Assembly (NCBI RefSeq): GCF_009914755.1
Contig: NC_060936.1
Strand: one strand, 5' to 3'
DNA length: 64,000 nt
Source of the DNA: the human T2T-CHM13v2.0 reference genome, Homo sapiens
Part shown: positions 33,848 through 49,593 of the stretch, piece by piece
Numbering within the stretch: the stretch's first letter is position 1
How the letters are laid out: every line of letters begins with the position of its first letter
Translations under genes and position numbers: made by a program
The notes under the pieces: model-generated
What the model was told of the DNA's origin: nothing
The model's input: only the letters and a program-made list of their open reading frames with translations
Database searches by the model: none

Positions 33848-34521
33848 AGAAATCTAGCCCATGGGAAAGGCAAGAGCTAAGATATGGCATCAGTTGCTAT
33901 AGAGAGGAGGATTTGAATGTTTTGCATTGAAGGGTTTGTTGTATTGCAAACAAGCCCATCAAACTTTGTATACAACAAGCCTATGCTTGAGGTGCACCAT
34001 GAGGCCATTCAGAGGTTCAAGTATTACTTTGGAAAAGGCTTCTGTAATTTTAGAGTTTAACAATGTGAAATTAGACCTAGAATCCTCAAACAAATTCATT
34101 TCAAAACTACAATACCCTTGGAAATGAGCACTTCCATTAGATTTGAGACCATTATGTGTCCATCTCTGTGTGAGGGAAATAGATGCTTTTACATCAGAAC
34201 GAATACAAAATATCAGTACATTTTCATTCAGTACAATTTCCTAAGTTCCTTTTATCCAATTTCCCAATTTTGTCAGATATATGAAGCTGAAATAAAGCTC
34301 TCCTTTTAACCCAGTTTCTTGTTCACCTTAACTCTCCAACAAAATTATTCTTAGATTTTATCTCAAACTATTTCTTAGACAGGGATTGGGTTTTATTATG
34401 TCATCATGGGATCAAAAAATACAAAGAAATATTTCACAAACAGAATTTTGTTATTTTTCTCTACTATATAGGCATTACGACCTATGCCATTTTGCTCAAA
34501 ATGTGAGTGTACACATTGTAA

Positions 34522-34850
34522 CAGGGGTCCAGTCCACGACCTGTTAGGAACCGGGCCACACAGCAGGAGGTGAGCTATGGGTGAGCCAGCATTACAGCCT
34601 GAGCTCTGCCTCCTGTCACACCTGTCACTTCAGTGGTGGCATTGGATTCTCATAAGAACACGAACCCTACTGTGAACTGCGCACACAAGGGATCTAGGTT
34701 GTGCACTCCTTACGAGAATGTAACCAATGCCTGATGATCTGAGGTGGAACGGTTTCATCCCGCAACCCTTTTCCCACTACTCCAATATTTCATAGAAAAA
34801 TTGTCTTCCACAAAACTGGTTCCTGGTGCCAAAAAGGCTGGGGACTGCTG
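34522..34850 (+). mobile_element. MER1B-like hAT-Charlie DNA transposon
   Basis: CAGGGGTCC...CTGTTAGGAACCGGGCCACACAGCAGGAGGTGAGC...GTGCCAAAAAGGCTGGGGACTGCTG. Degenerate 8-bp TSD CATTGTAA/CACTATAA. Confidence 0.88.
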
Positions 34851-35629
34851 CACTATAAGAGTGATCATTAAGCAATTGCAAATCTACTACAAGGAATAGC
34901 TACTGATACTTAGGTAATGAAAAATGTCACTAGAGATCATAAGTATCAAAAGATACTTGTGACAGCTTAAGACATCAAGCAAACTAAATATAAGAGAAAT
35001 ACTCACCCAGTCTTATGTGAATGAAGATTGCATGCACCACAATTAGGAAAGGTTTCATATTTTTAAGCACAGTGAAACGTTTTCAATCCTTTGGACAGTA
35101 TTTAAAAACTCTTCAGTTAAACATATTTATCATTACTACTTACAAGACATTCTCCAAGATGCCATTGGGGTACCAGGATAAATAATAAATATATGGGTCA
35201 CTACCTTCAAGAATCTCTCAGCTTATAGGGGAGGTAAGAAACGTGTTTGTAAGCTGTAACATAGAGTGATGAGTACCGTAAAGAAAGATGCAAAGCGTTG
35301 TGGGAGTTCAGATCCCATCTGGTGAGGGGATGAGAAGATGGTGGGCAGCTCATGTCAGGGTGACAAAATGCCCAAGAAAAGCTAACATCTATTCAGGAAA
35401 CAGTCTCCTTTAACTGGAATTTAAGATGTCACTAGGAGATACAGCTGGAAGTTTAGGCTGAGACCAGGTCCAAGGATTTGAAGGTTATCAGTTGGAGAAA
35501 TGCAGATTCAGTAGGTATAACCAATATTTCACACGTTACCTATTTTTACATGTTTACAATATCTCTTTTTTAACACCACTTTATTGAAACATAACTGACA
35601 TAAAATTAACTGTTTAAGTGTAAAATCTG

Positions 35630-35935
35630 GGCCAGGGTGGTGTCTCACGCCTGTAATCTCAGCACTTTGGGAGGCCAAGCTGGGTGGATCACTTGAGCTC
35701 AGGAGTTCAAGACCAGCCTGGCCAACATGGCAAAACTTCATCTCTACTAAAAATACCAAAATTAGCTGGGCGTGGTATCATGTGCCTGTAGTCCCAGCTA
35801 CTCGGGAGGCTGAGGTGCAAAAATCAAAATCTCTTGAACCTGAGAGGCAGAGGCTGCAGTGAGCCGAGATTGTGCCACTGCACTCCAGCCGGGGCGACAG
35901 AGCAAGACTCTGTCTCAAAAAGAAAAAAAAGAGAA
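35630..35935 (+). mobile_element. Alu inside an L1M 3' end
   Basis: Full dimer. TSD TGTAAAATCTG. Confidence 0.93.
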
Positions 35936-36970
35936 ACTGTAAAATCTGATAAGTTATGACATATGTATACACCCATGAAAACATCACCACAATCAAGATA
36001 ATGAATATATCCATCAACCCCCAAAATGTCCTCATACTCCTTGGAATCTTTCCCTTCTGCCCCATCCCCAGGCAACTGCTGACCTGCTTTCTGTCACTAT
36101 AGCTCAGTTTGCATAGAATTTTATATAAATGAAATCATACAGTATAGACTCTTTTTAGGCTGGCTTTTTACATTCCATGATTTTTGGAGATTCATCCATG
36201 TTGTTGGGTGTATCAGTAGTTTGTTCCTTTTTACTAATGTGTAATATTCCATTGTGTTGATGCCCCACAGTTTGTTTATTCATACACCTCTTTGATAGGT
36301 ACTTGCAGTGTGTCCAGTTTTTGGCTCTTACAAATGAGGCTGCTATCTATATTCACGTACAAGTCTTTGTATGGACGTATGTCTTCATTTCTCTTTGATA
36401 AATACCTGGCCATAAAATGCCTGGGTCACATAGTAGGTTAATTAATATTATACTTTTCAAATAACTTCCAAACAATTTGCCAAAGTGGTTTACCACTTTA
36501 TATTTTTACCAGCAGGTTATGAGAATTCCAGTTGTTCCACATCCTTGCAAATGCTTGGGGTAGTCATCTTTATTTTTATTTTAGACATTCTAATAGATAT
36601 GTAATGATATCTTACTGTGGCTTTAATTTGTATTTCCTCAATGACTAACAATGTTGGATGTCTTTTTATGTTTTTATTTGCCATTCTTATAGCTTCTTTC
36701 ATGAAGTGTCAAATTCAAAGTGCGCTAATCTTTTGCCCATTTTAAACTATTGTTATTATTACTCAGATTTTAAAGTTCTTTATACATTCTAGATACAAGT
36801 GCTTTATCAGTTATGTGATTTGCAAATATTTTCTCCCAGTGTCGGCTTGTCTTTCCATTCTCTTAACAGTGTCTTCCAAAAAGCAAAAGTTATTAATTTT
36901 AATGAGGTCTAATTTATCCATTTTTTAATGGCTCATGTTTTTGGTGTTGCATCTAAGAAATTTTTGCCTA

Positions 36971-37020
36971 GGCTGGGCATAGTGGCTTATGCCTGTAATC
37001 ACGGCGCTTTGGGAGGCTGA
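36971..37020 (+). mobile_element. Alu 5' stub (50 bp)
   Basis: GGCTGGGCATAGTGGCTTATGCCTGTAATC..CTTTGGGAGGCTGA, then an abrupt return to L1. Confidence 0.85.
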
Positions 37021-37977
37021 ATCGCCTTTATACCTTTGTCAAAAATCAGTTGACCATATGTGTTACGTGTAGGTCTATTTCTGAACTCTTTATTCAGTTC
37101 CATTGATCTATTTGTCTACCTTGATACCAATAATACATTGTCTTGATTATCATAGTATTATAATATGCCTTGAAGTCAGGTAATTTAAGTCCACCAATTT
37201 TGTTCTTTCATTTCAGATTGCTTGGGCTATTCTAGGTCCTCTGCATTTCCATCTAAGTTTTAGAATCAGTTTGTCAATTTCTACAACAAAAAAAAACCTG
37301 CTTAGATTTTTATTTGGATTAAATCTACATATTAATTTAGAGAGAACTGCTACCTTAACAATATTAAGACTGAGTAATTAATATTATTATTTGGTCTTCC
37401 AATCTGAAAACACAGTATATCTCTCTATTTTGGTCTTTAATTTCTCTCAGCAACGTTTTGTAGTTTTCCATGTACAGGTCTTTCAAGTATTTTTATCAGA
37501 TTACTCTCCATATATTTCATATTTTTGATACTATCTCAAATGGTTATTTCAATTTCTTATTTATTGTCAGCAGATAAAAATACGATTGATTTTTATGTAT
37601 GATCTTGTATTCTGCAACCTTGCTAAAGTCACTTTTAGTTCCAGGAATTTTTTTTTGTAGATTGCATCATGTTTTCTATTTAAATAATCATGTTATCTGT
37701 GAATAGAGTTTCACTTCTTCCTTTCCAAGCTGAATGCTGTTATATCTTTCTTACATTATTTCAGTAAAAATGTGACTACAAACTTCCAGAGGCCCTTCCA
37801 AAGAGAATAAAGTCACTGATTCATCATCACTGCCATCACTGTTGGCAAGAATTCTTCAAAAGCAAGTGAAAATTGTTCCCCCTCAGTATTAGACAGCTAT
37901 GGAAATCCTAAGAAACTTCTGTACTGGGCTCTTAAATTACCCCTCCCATGAGTTTGGTCCCTAGTCTATACACAGCT

Positions 37978-38346
37978 TGTATTAGTCGGTTTTCATGCTG
38001 CCAATAGACATACCCAAGACTGGGTAAGTTATAAAGAAAGGGGTTTAATTGACTCATAGTTCCACATGGCTGGGGAGGCCTCACAATCATGGCAGAAGAT
38101 GAAGGAAGAGCAAAGGGATGTCTTACATGGTGGTGGCAAAGAGAGAAAATGAGAGCCAAGAAAAGGGCTTTCCCCTTATAAAATCATAAGATCTCATGAG
38201 ACTTATTCACTACCACAAGAACAGTATGGAGGAAACCGTTCCCACGATTCAATTATTCCCCACCAGGTCCCTCCCACAACACGTGGGAATTATGGGAGCT
38301 ACAATTCAAGATGAGATTTGGGTGGAGACACAGCCAAACCATATCA
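37978..38346 (-). mobile_element. THE1-type MaLR solo LTR
   Basis: TGTATTAGTC...GGGGAGGCCTCACAATCATGGC...CAGCCAAACCATATCA. 5-bp TSD CAGCT/CACCT. Confidence 0.9.
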
Positions 38347-38921
38347 CACCTACACATGTCTATATACACACACAGCATTTTTCCAAAGTTTCTTCTCTTA
38401 AGGGCAGATAGCATTAGTTGCGGATGCTTACTTGCTGTACCAAACCCATTGTGAAGCCAGGCCTCCTCACTCCCATTCTAATGCCCTTAGGGGTATGACT
38501 TGGGTTACCACTCCAAATTCTCTTTTCTCTTGTGGTGAGTTTCTCCTCAAAAGCACCTGATATCTTTTGTTAAATGATCTCAGTTGGATCCATCTTAATC
38601 TATTGATATTATAGTAATAATTTTAAACTTCAAAAGGCAAGTGTCAGTGTTTTACCCACTACTTCCCAGAAGGCTCCTTAGACCTTATGCAAATATACCC
38701 ATGGAGGGTTATTGTTCTTGTTGTCATTATCGCTGTGGTTGTTGTTTTACAGTCTCCCAGAAGGACAGTATTTGTCAATATAAGACAAAAGTTCTGTTAC
38801 ATACCTTCCCCTGAACAATGGTAACTTTGGACATCACTTCTACCTGAAAGAGACCTTCGAGCAATTCTTCTCAGGTAAAAGGGTATCTACTCCAAGGAAA
38901 TTTGTAAATTCCAGTGCTAGA

Positions 38922-39262
<341 letters not shown>

Positions 39263-39620
39263 TCATACTTTATCCTAATTTTTAAAAATTATTACAGCTT
39301 AGTTTCACTTGGCACCCCCCTACCAAAGTTTTCACAAAGGTGAGATGAATGTTTTAGGAAAATGAATATACCAGTGATTTGAAGGATAAATGAGAGTTAG
39401 AAAGTTGCATCAGGAAAATCAGTTATGTGACTATTATAATAATCTAATTCATATATAATAAAGATGTGGCCTAGAGATAACAGCAATAATGGAAAGAAAA
39501 TGATGAATGTGTGAGATTTTTAATCAAGGGATTAAATAAGATTTGGAGAGTGAATCATTGTAGAGAACAAACAAGGTAGGCGTCAAAGACGAATACATTT
39601 TGAAGAAAATTGTAGCATAC

Positions 39621-39987
39621 TGTATTAGTCCCTTTTCATACTGCTATGAAGAAATACACAAGACTGGATAATTAATATTTTTTTAAAAGGGGGGTTTAAT
39701 GCACTCACAGTTCTACCTGGCTGGGGAGGCCTCACAATCATGGTGGAAGGTGATGGAGACACAAAAGCACATCTTACACGGCAGTCAGCAAGAGAGCATG
39801 TGCAGGGGAACTGCTCTTTATAAAACCATCAGATATCATTAGACTTATTCACTCCCACAAGAACAGCATGGGAAAACCTGTCTCCATGATTCAATTACCT
39901 CCCACCAGGTTCCTCCCAGATATGTGGGGATTATAGGAGCTACAATTCAAGATGAGATTTGGGAGGAGACACAGTCAAACCATATCA
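39621..39987 (-). mobile_element. THE1-type MaLR solo LTR
   Basis: TGTATTAGTC...GGAGGCCTCACAATCATGG...AAACCATATCA. 5-bp TSD CATAC/CACAC. Confidence 0.9.
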
Positions 39988-40175
39988 CACACCTTTAGGA
40001 GAAAATGGTTAGTACATAGGAGAATATGATATTGGACAAGTCTGGGTAGAAGGGTAATCAGTCAGATGCTAGTCATGGTGAGTCTGGTTCAAGTGTTCAG
40101 AGGTGATAACGATTATTGAAAGAAGGTTGGGTAGTGGGTTCTAGTTGTGACACTGCCACAAACTCACTGTGAGAC

Positions 40176-40735
40176 AGTGGCAGACACTGTCGAAGCCTAC
40201 CCAACACCCATTTCTCACTGCACCTTCCTCTTTTCTAATCTAAGAATCCAGATTTAGCTTCTGCATCCACCTAAGTTGGTAGTGCCATATGCTTCAGAGG
40301 AGATGAGACTCAGACTCCAAGGGTGAATTCTAATCAGTCTGAGTCAATCACATGTCCCACTCTCAGAGCATGTCACAAATCTGGCCAATGAGGCATGAAG
40401 GAAAGTCGGCTGTGTGCTGCAGAGTAGTGTACACTCACTCATAAAAGGAGCCATACAGGAAGAGATGGCCTCTCCTTTCATTGTCAGGTCTGGCTGAGAC
40501 ACCAGGAACTGCTGAGGCCATCTAACCTCCAGGAGCTGGCCTGTAGAAAGACCAATGTGCTGACGGTGGCAGCCCAGGAAAGCAACCTGAGCCCTTGATG
40601 TTGTCATTAAACTGCTACATTAACCAACCCTAGTATACCATAGTCTTGTACTTCTTGTTGTGGAAGATCATACACTTAAGCCAATTGCATTGGGATTCCT
40701 ATTGTTTGAAACTGAAGCCTTCCTTACTGACCAAG
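40176..40735 (+). mobile_element. Old MLT1-type MaLR LTR
   Basis: GTGGCAGACACTGT start, TCTGGCCAATGAGGCATGAAGGAAAGTC, CCTGAGCCCTTGATG, TTAAGCCA..TGTT motifs. Heavily diverged. Confidence 0.6.
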
Positions 40736-43150
40736 CAGCCTTGGCTCAAATCAATTTACTCTCCACACCACCATTTCCTTCACTGTAAATTGAGAGTGAT
40801 CTCTCTAAGAATGCTTCCAGCCCTAACCATCCATGATTTTATTATTACAAGTAGAAATAGTTGTGCAGCCGTCTGTTAAAAAGGAAGAACGAACCTGTAG
40901 AGAAAGGCCAAAACAAAAATACAGATATAAAAGTCATCTGCTAAGTGTAAGGCTTACAGTCTGGGCGGGGGAAAGTGATGCTAATTTTGCTGATTGCTAA
41001 ATATGTGAATGATATCACTTTGTTTTATTCTTACAACATTCTGCAAAGCTGACATCATTACATTTTCTATGAGCAAACCAAGGCACAAATGTTAAGAAAA
41101 GTACAATGTTTCTGAAGGTAAGAGACTGTCAAGATTTCAACAGGTCACGTGTTTCAGACAGATCAAGAAGAATGAAGTCTAAAAATTAAATGCCTCGATG
41201 ATTAGGAGGTTCTTAATGCTTTCAAAATAACAGTTTCTGGAAAGCCACAGGGGTGAAAGGAGCAGGTAAAAAGCGGGAGATGTTAAGGATGTGAAGACCA
41301 CTTTTAGCAGAAGTTTAGCAGTCAAAGAAAAGGGAAAGATAAAACGGCACTTCAAGGGAACAGCAAGTTTGAGGGGAATATAGCTTGTCTTATTTCTTGT
41401 GCATAAAGTAGAAAAAGACTCAAGCACATTGATGGGCCAAGGGAAAGAAATCAATGGAGGAGGAGAGCTGCAGGTGCAGGAGAAGAAGGGCCTTACTGAG
41501 AGAGCAAGATCTGGAGGACCCGGGAGAAGATTTGCTCTTTGCCTCCTCTGTGCTGTTGTCTGCTCTTTGAGCTCCAGTTGAGGCAAGGGCTCTGAGGCAG
41601 ATCGATGGGCAGACTGAGCTGATGTAATCACTGCTATAAGGTATTAATAATGAATGAATGTGATTTCTTTTATGCCTTATTTTTAATAGCTTTTTATAAA
41701 AGGACCATTGGAAAGAGATCAATTTGTCTTTCCAAAGTTTATTTTTAAATGCATAATTAATACATAAAAGTATCACTGTACAATAAAGACCAATATTTAC
41801 CTCATTCTTCTAACAGAGTATGGCCTAGAAGAAGAAAAAGATGAAAATGGTTTTATGCTGAGCTCCAAATTTCACTGTGGAATTACCTAGACCTACATTA
41901 AAGAAAGTTCAAATAGAATAATAGTAGTTACATTTTAATAAGAACTTACCATATTCCAGCCCTGTGCTAAGTACACATTTCTTATACAGTATCTTATTTA
42001 ATCCTTATAACCCTCTGTGAGATAGGTGTTATTAACTTACACTGAAGAAACTGAGACTCATAAGTTATCTCCCCAAGATCCATCTACCGCACTATTCTAT
42101 ACCAGTGTCCATAAATAAAACCATTATTCATATAGCCTGAGGTTAACTATGTTCTAGGAAGTGCTAGCTCCTTCCTAATCTCATAGCAGCCATGTGAGGT
42201 GTCTGTTTTTATTATATTTGTTACAGATGCACATACAAGGGCCAGAAAACCAGCTGTGGGATTCTAGAGCCCATCCTTTCAACCAATATGCTATGGTGCC
42301 TACAAAGATTTTTTAAAATAAAGTCAAAGAAAGTCTCTTTAATTTAAAAATGGCTTTACAGAATCTTGTAACATATTCAGCAAGTAGGAGCCAAATCCCC
42401 AATTCCCTGAAAGGAATAAAATATACTGTAAATTTCCAAAGATAAGTATGTTGCCTCTAGCATATAAGCTTAGTACTGTAGTTTAAATCTGAGTCAAAAT
42501 TGAATGCCAGTCATGAGACAATAAAGTATAATATGTTAGTACTTTTCCCCTTTATAAAATAGTCCGTAGCTGATGTTCCAAAGGAAAGAATGTGCTTGTT
42601 CTATGGTGCAATTCACTATTAGCTTTCAAGGACACATTGACTCAAGTCTTTAAAAGGCCCTAGCTCATCAGCTTTCTCTGAATTCTAAAGTAATAGCTAG
42701 ACTAGAGACAGTGCAAAATATCTTTTTGCAAACCAATGTCATTGTTCCTTAGTAAAAGGGAGAAACATTACATTTAAAAAAACTTCTGGAGCCATACTGC
42801 CTCGGTGTGAATCTAGGCCCTGTCATTTACTTACCTGTGTGACTTTTGGAGCTTTTCTTACCCTCTCTGTGCCTCATATCCTCAACTGTGAACGGGGGGA
42901 TATAATGATGATTAAACGAGTTAACACACGCAGAGCTGGGCACATGGTAAGCACAATATAAATGATAGCTACTGTTACAGTGGGATGTTTATAAAGCAGT
43001 ACTTGTGGTAGCTGTGTTTTCAGTTTACCCTTGCCTGGCTACATAAATAAAAATTACAACTTTTCTTCAAGACATGTTTTCAGTATTGTCCTGGAGCATT
43101 CTTGCAGGGAATGCTCCTCTTTGGAAGTCTTTTTCCAACTCTCTTGCAAT

Positions 43151-43621
43151 CAGGACCTGCTACATGAATTGCAGGGCCCAGTGAAAAACAAAAATGCAGG
43201 ACTCCCTTGTTCAAAAATTATTAAGAATTTCAGCCGGGCACGGTGGCTCACGCCTGTAATCCCAGCACTTTGGTAGGCCGAGGAGGGTGGATCACGAGGT
43301 CAGGAGTTCAAGACCAGCCTGGTCAACATGGTGAAACCCCGTCTCTACTAAAAGTACAAAAATTACAGTGGGCCTGTAATCCAAGCTATTCAGGAGGCTG
43401 AGGCAGGAGAATCGCTTGAACCTGAGGGGGTGGAGGTTGCAGTGAGCCAAGACCGCGCCACTGCACTCCAGCCTGGGTGACAGAGTGAGACTCCATCTCA
43501 AAAAAAAAAAAAAAAAAGAATTTCAAGATGGCAATAGCCACATCTTAAATTCAGCGTGGAGTCCTCTAAGTGCAGAATTCTGTGTAATGACGCAGGTCAC
43601 ATGCCCATGAAGCCAGCCTTA
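43151..43621 (-). mobile_element. MER45A hAT transposon interrupted by an Alu
   Basis: CAGGACCTGCTACAT..GCAGGGCCCAGTGAAAA..CTTGTTCAAAAATTATTAAGAATTTC [Alu] AAGATGGC..CAGGTCACATGCCCATGAAGCCAGCC. Confidence 0.8.
43233..43516 (+). mobile_element. AluSg-like inside MER45A
   Basis: Dimer with a small deletion at the start of the right arm. TSD AAGAATTTCA. Confidence 0.93.
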
Positions 43622-44175
43622 CATGGCATTGTTTCTCTGTTTTTGGAAACAGAGAGCTCTCTAACTTCAGTCAGTTATTTATTTATTGGAATATCTGTTT
43701 TGAACCCTACCTTGTCCAGGAAAAGATTTAAGGTAACTCCCTTTCTCTGGAAAGCATCTGAGAATTAGAATGTTCTTAGGAAAACCAACTTCTTGTTCTA
43801 AGGGAGATTTTTTTCTGTGTCATTGAACACAGCAGCTCTCCTGGAGTATGGAAAAGTCTTTGAGTTCATAAGGATTCATTCTGCTCAATAATAAGCATAG
43901 AAATCTTTTCCTGGACTGGGAATTGCCCCAGCTACCTTTCAGCAGGAGCAGAACATCAGTGAAGCCTGAGGCATAGGGCAACTTCTACCTTCAACCAAGA
44001 GCCTGAGTCCTAAAATAGCAACTCAAGGTTTCTGCTCCCCTTGAGGGAACCAAATGAGTATTTTAAAATGCATTTTCCCTTACAGATTTTCTCAAGTTGG
44101 TTGTTAGATCATTCAAGGATGCTCAAGGCTGAAAGGTATTAACGTCAGTTTTGTATCAATATTAGGTTACCAATG

Positions 44176-45632
<1,457 letters not shown>

Positions 45633-45642
45633 AACTATTATC

Positions 45643-46068
45643 CAAATGTCCATCAATGATAGACTAGATTAAGAAAATGTGACGCATATACACCATGGAA
45701 TACTATGCAGTCATAAAAAAGGATGAATTCATGTCCTTTGCAGGGACATAGAGGAAGCTGGAAACCATCATTCTAAGCAAACTATCACAAGGACAGAAAA
45801 TCAAACACCGCATGTTCTCACTCATAGGTAGGAGTTGAACAACAAGAACACATGGACACAGGGCAGGAAACATCACACACGGGGCCTGTCGGGGGGTCGG
45901 GGGCCAGGGGCCGGGGGAGGGAGAGCATTAGGACAAATACCTAACATAAATGACGAGTTGATGAGTGCAGCAAACCAACATGGCACATGTATACCAATGT
46001 AACAAACCTGTACGTTGTGCACATGTACCATAGAACTTAAAGTATAATAATAATAATAATAATAATAA
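45643..46068 (+). mobile_element. L1PA 3' end (older subfamily, about PA6-PA8) with (TAA)n tail
   Basis: CAAATGTCCATCAATGATAGAC...CATGTTCTCACTCATAGGT...AGAACTTAAAGTATAATAATAA, followed by AACTATT matching the site at 44561. Confidence 0.88.
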
Positions 46069-47106
46069 AACTATTGAACATTAAGAGAAATGCCAAGTCT
46101 TCCTTCTTGAGTTTGTTAGGTTCAAATAGCAAATAAACAGACTATGTATAAGAATTGTGTGTTTTATTTCAAAAACGTACATTGCTTAGCATAGATTTAG
46201 CCCATATGTCCTTGCTATGGGGCTATAGAAAGGAGAAACTCAATCCATTAAAGATCCACATATTCACTCAGTCTTCTATGAGCCTTCTTTGAACTGACAG
46301 GAGAAAACTACCATTTATTTAATTCATTTGCTCCATTATTTTAACCTAGACACTCTTCAAAACTCTCAGCAGTCTTGAATCTTCAGGAATTGTTTAGAAG
46401 TAAGACGACTATGGTCTTTGTAACTACTGGCAGATATTGATAACGTTAAAATTGTAATATCTGCTTAAATCAGCTCATTTTCTCATGTTGCTGTTTATCA
46501 GCATTTGGATTTGAGTTGTGGTTGGCTGGGCCAAAGCCAGGAAGCCAGGCAGCCTTGCAATCAGATCACGGACAAAGGCCAGATGTCAGTCACTGAAGCA
46601 AAAATAATACAGAATCTTGATTCCAAAGGTAGATCCAAAACTAAGAGGATAAGCAGGATGGAAGAGCCATCCATGTACTGGAGTCAAAGAAAGTCCAAAT
46701 GCCAGGGTGAGTATTCAAGCAGTGGTGAGGTAGGTAAACAATAGAAAGCAATGTAACATGTGATAGTCTAAGCAAACAGTCCATATATGAATAATGACCC
46801 CTGTGCAGGTCAGAACTTACACAACTTGATCAACCTTGCCTCAAAAAAAGGAGTCAGAGGGAAACTAGTATTAAGGATAAAAAGCAGTCTTTGCAAAGAT
46901 GGTTATATCTGCAGGGAATGTTCTGCAAAACAAGGCAGAAACATGAGTACTGAGGAACTGGAACACAAAGATTAGAGCAGATAATAAGAGAGCTAATGCT
47001 ACCTTGAGAACCCACTGACCCAGAGCTTTTTATAGTCACCTGCTTAGGAATAAGTTTGGTCCCAGGAGCTGAGCTGGAACAAATCTGCACGTAAAGGAAG
47101 TAGCGA

Positions 47107-48244
47107 CAGTGGTGTGCTGGAGCCAATTCATTACCAGCTCATGAGAGCCAATTGTTAAAATTTAAGGAATTTTAAATAAGTATAGCCATTATGAAAAACA
47201 GCATGGAATTTCCTCAAAAAAAATTAAAAATAGAACTAACATATGATCCAGCAATCCCACTGCTAGTTATATATCCAAAGGAAAGAAAATCAAAATATCA
47301 GTGAGATATTTGCACCCCCATGTTTATCAAAGCACTATTCACAATAGCCAAGATATGAAATCAATCTAAGTGTCCTTCAATGGATGAATGGATAAAGAAA
47401 ATGTAAAATATTATTTAGTCATAAAAAGAAGGAAATCGTATCATTTACACCAACAAGGATGAGCCCGATGAACATTAAATAAGCCAGGCACAGAAAGACA
47501 AATATCTCAACTTCTCACTCATATGTGGGAACTAAAAAAGGTGATGTCATGAAGGTAGAGATAGAATGATGGTTACCAGAGGCTGGGAAGGGAGAAGAAA
47601 GGGGGATGAAGACAGGCTGGCCAATAGGTACAAAAATACAGTTAGATAGAAGGAATAAGTTCTAGTGTTCAATAGCACAGTAGATGATTATTGTTATCTA
47701 TAATTTACTGTACACTTCTAAATAACTAGAAGAAAATATTTGAAATGTTTTCCACCCAAATAAATGATAAATGTTTGAGGTGATGGATATCCCATCACTC
47801 TGATTTGATTATTACACACAGTATGCATGTATCAAATATCACATGTATCCCGTAAATATGTACAATTATTATGCGTCAATAAAAATTTAAGGAATTTTGT
47901 AAGATAGCTGTTAAACCTGGACATTATTAAAAATTAAATTATATAAACAATTAAAGATTTATATTAAAAACAAAAGTAATAAACACTCAGAAGTCATCAT
48001 GTCTTAATTATTTCACTACATTTCACTATTATGTGTGCTCCTGAGGCCATTTGTGTCTATTTTAACTGTGGGGTGAAAATATAATGGCATGCTACTGCGC
48101 ATCCCTTCTTATTTCCACATTCAATAACATCACATTGGCAACTTGAAGTTTGCCATGATAAAAACACGTACACCATGGAAATAAAAAACACTACAAATCA
48201 GGACTTCAGTAGGGGGTTGTTAAACGGGTACCAGCACACACATG
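47107..48244. mobile_element. Arthur1-like hAT-Tip100 element interrupted by an L1MA
   Basis: Terminal inverted repeats CAGTGGTGTGCTGG (47107) / CCAGCACACACATG (48231-48244), with a characteristic GAGAGCCAATTGTTAAA subterminal motif. Confidence 0.7.
47174..47881 (+). mobile_element. L1MA 3' end
   Basis: ATATGATCCAGCAATCCCACTGCT...GTTAGATAGAAGGAATAAGTTCTAGTGTTC...ATGTACAATTATTATG. 17-bp TSD AAAATTTAAGGAATTTT (47157-47173 / 47882-47898). Confidence 0.88.
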
Positions 48245-49544
48245 GTTAATGACCCACATTACAGACTTACAGAATTGAAAAGTATAATATCCATGGATGT
48301 AGAAGTATTTTTAAAGGATCTTGTGACTGCTGCTTGCAAATTCCTAAACTAGTATATAACAATCTTCATTATCCGACCCCACTCTACCTCTGCAGGTTTA
48401 GCCCATACACTATTTTCTAACCCCATCTAATTTCCCATAAATAATATGCCATGTTTTTTCATGCCTCCATTTATTCAACAAACATTGATCAAGATCCTAT
48501 GGAAAACTGGGTACTGTGTTCTGAATTGAGGAAACAGACGTATGGAATTCTTCCTGTCCTCAAGGAGCTCATAGTCTGGGAAAGAAAGGGAAGCAGCTAA
48601 TGAACAGAAAAGGAGCAACAAATGCTTCTAGTAGGGTATGGCGAGTGCCGTGATGAATTTGCATGCATGTGATTTTTGGGAATAAGGAGATGCACCCATT
48701 AAAAAAGGGCAACAGAAAAGACTTTCTGGAAGATGAGACAGTTGAACTGAATCTTGACAAGGCACTTTGTTGTCATGATTAAACACATGGGTTCTTGAGT
48801 CTCATTGCTTGGGTTCAAAATCCAGCCCTTCCAGTTTACTAGTTGGGATAACCTTGAGCAAGTTACTTACCTTTCTGAACTTCAGTTTTCTCATCTGCAA
48901 AGAGATCCCTCCTTCACAGGATTATTATGAGGATTAAACGAAATAATGAATGTAAAGAATTTAGCACATCAGCTGATACATAAATGCTTTCACATTTGCC
49001 TTTATATTAAGTATTAGCCAAGTGAAGAAGTGAATAGGGGATGTTTCTGGCAGAGAAAATGGTGCGTGCAAAAATGTAGAGGCTGAAAGATTCTGATATG
49101 TTTCCCCAAATGCATCTTTTTCAGTACAAGTGTAACCCAAAATGATAGGAGAGTGGGAATTTGCCACCTTTTGGTGGGGGTAGGGAAGGTTGCTTCTGTA
49201 GCTTTCTGTAACTAACATACCTAGTTATCAGAAACCCGAAAGTCATCTTAGTTTCTAGGAAACTTGCCTTGACTCCGTCTCCCTGCCCAACCCTCACCTT
49301 AGAGACCTAACATTCATTCCTTTTTGTATTCACTGTACCCTGTACATATTTTGATGGCTGTAACATTTTTCACACTTATTTAAGTCTATTTCCCTCACCA
49401 GACCTTTAAGTTTCTCTTGCACAGACACCACAACTAGACTTCTTTGTATTATTTCCCTAGCACCTAGCCTATACATTTGTCAGCATATTGTAGGCATTTG
49501 TAAATGGAAGGGTAGATGAATGGAAGGAAAGAAGAAAGGAAAAA

Positions 49545-49587
49545 TGGATGGATGGATGGATGGATGGATGGATGGATGGATGGATGG
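49545..49587. repeat. (GGAT)n microsatellite at the 3' end of an L2
   Basis: Seen directly in the sequence. Confidence 0.97.
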
Positions 49588-49593
49588 AGTGGA

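Larger units (their letters stand above)
35565..37770 (-). mobile_element. L1MC/L1MD-type 3' region with Alu insertions
   Basis: CTTTATTGA..ATAACTGACATA 3' end, GAGATTCATCCATGTTGT, CCAAAGTGGTT, and degenerate antisense ORF2. Confidence 0.8.
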
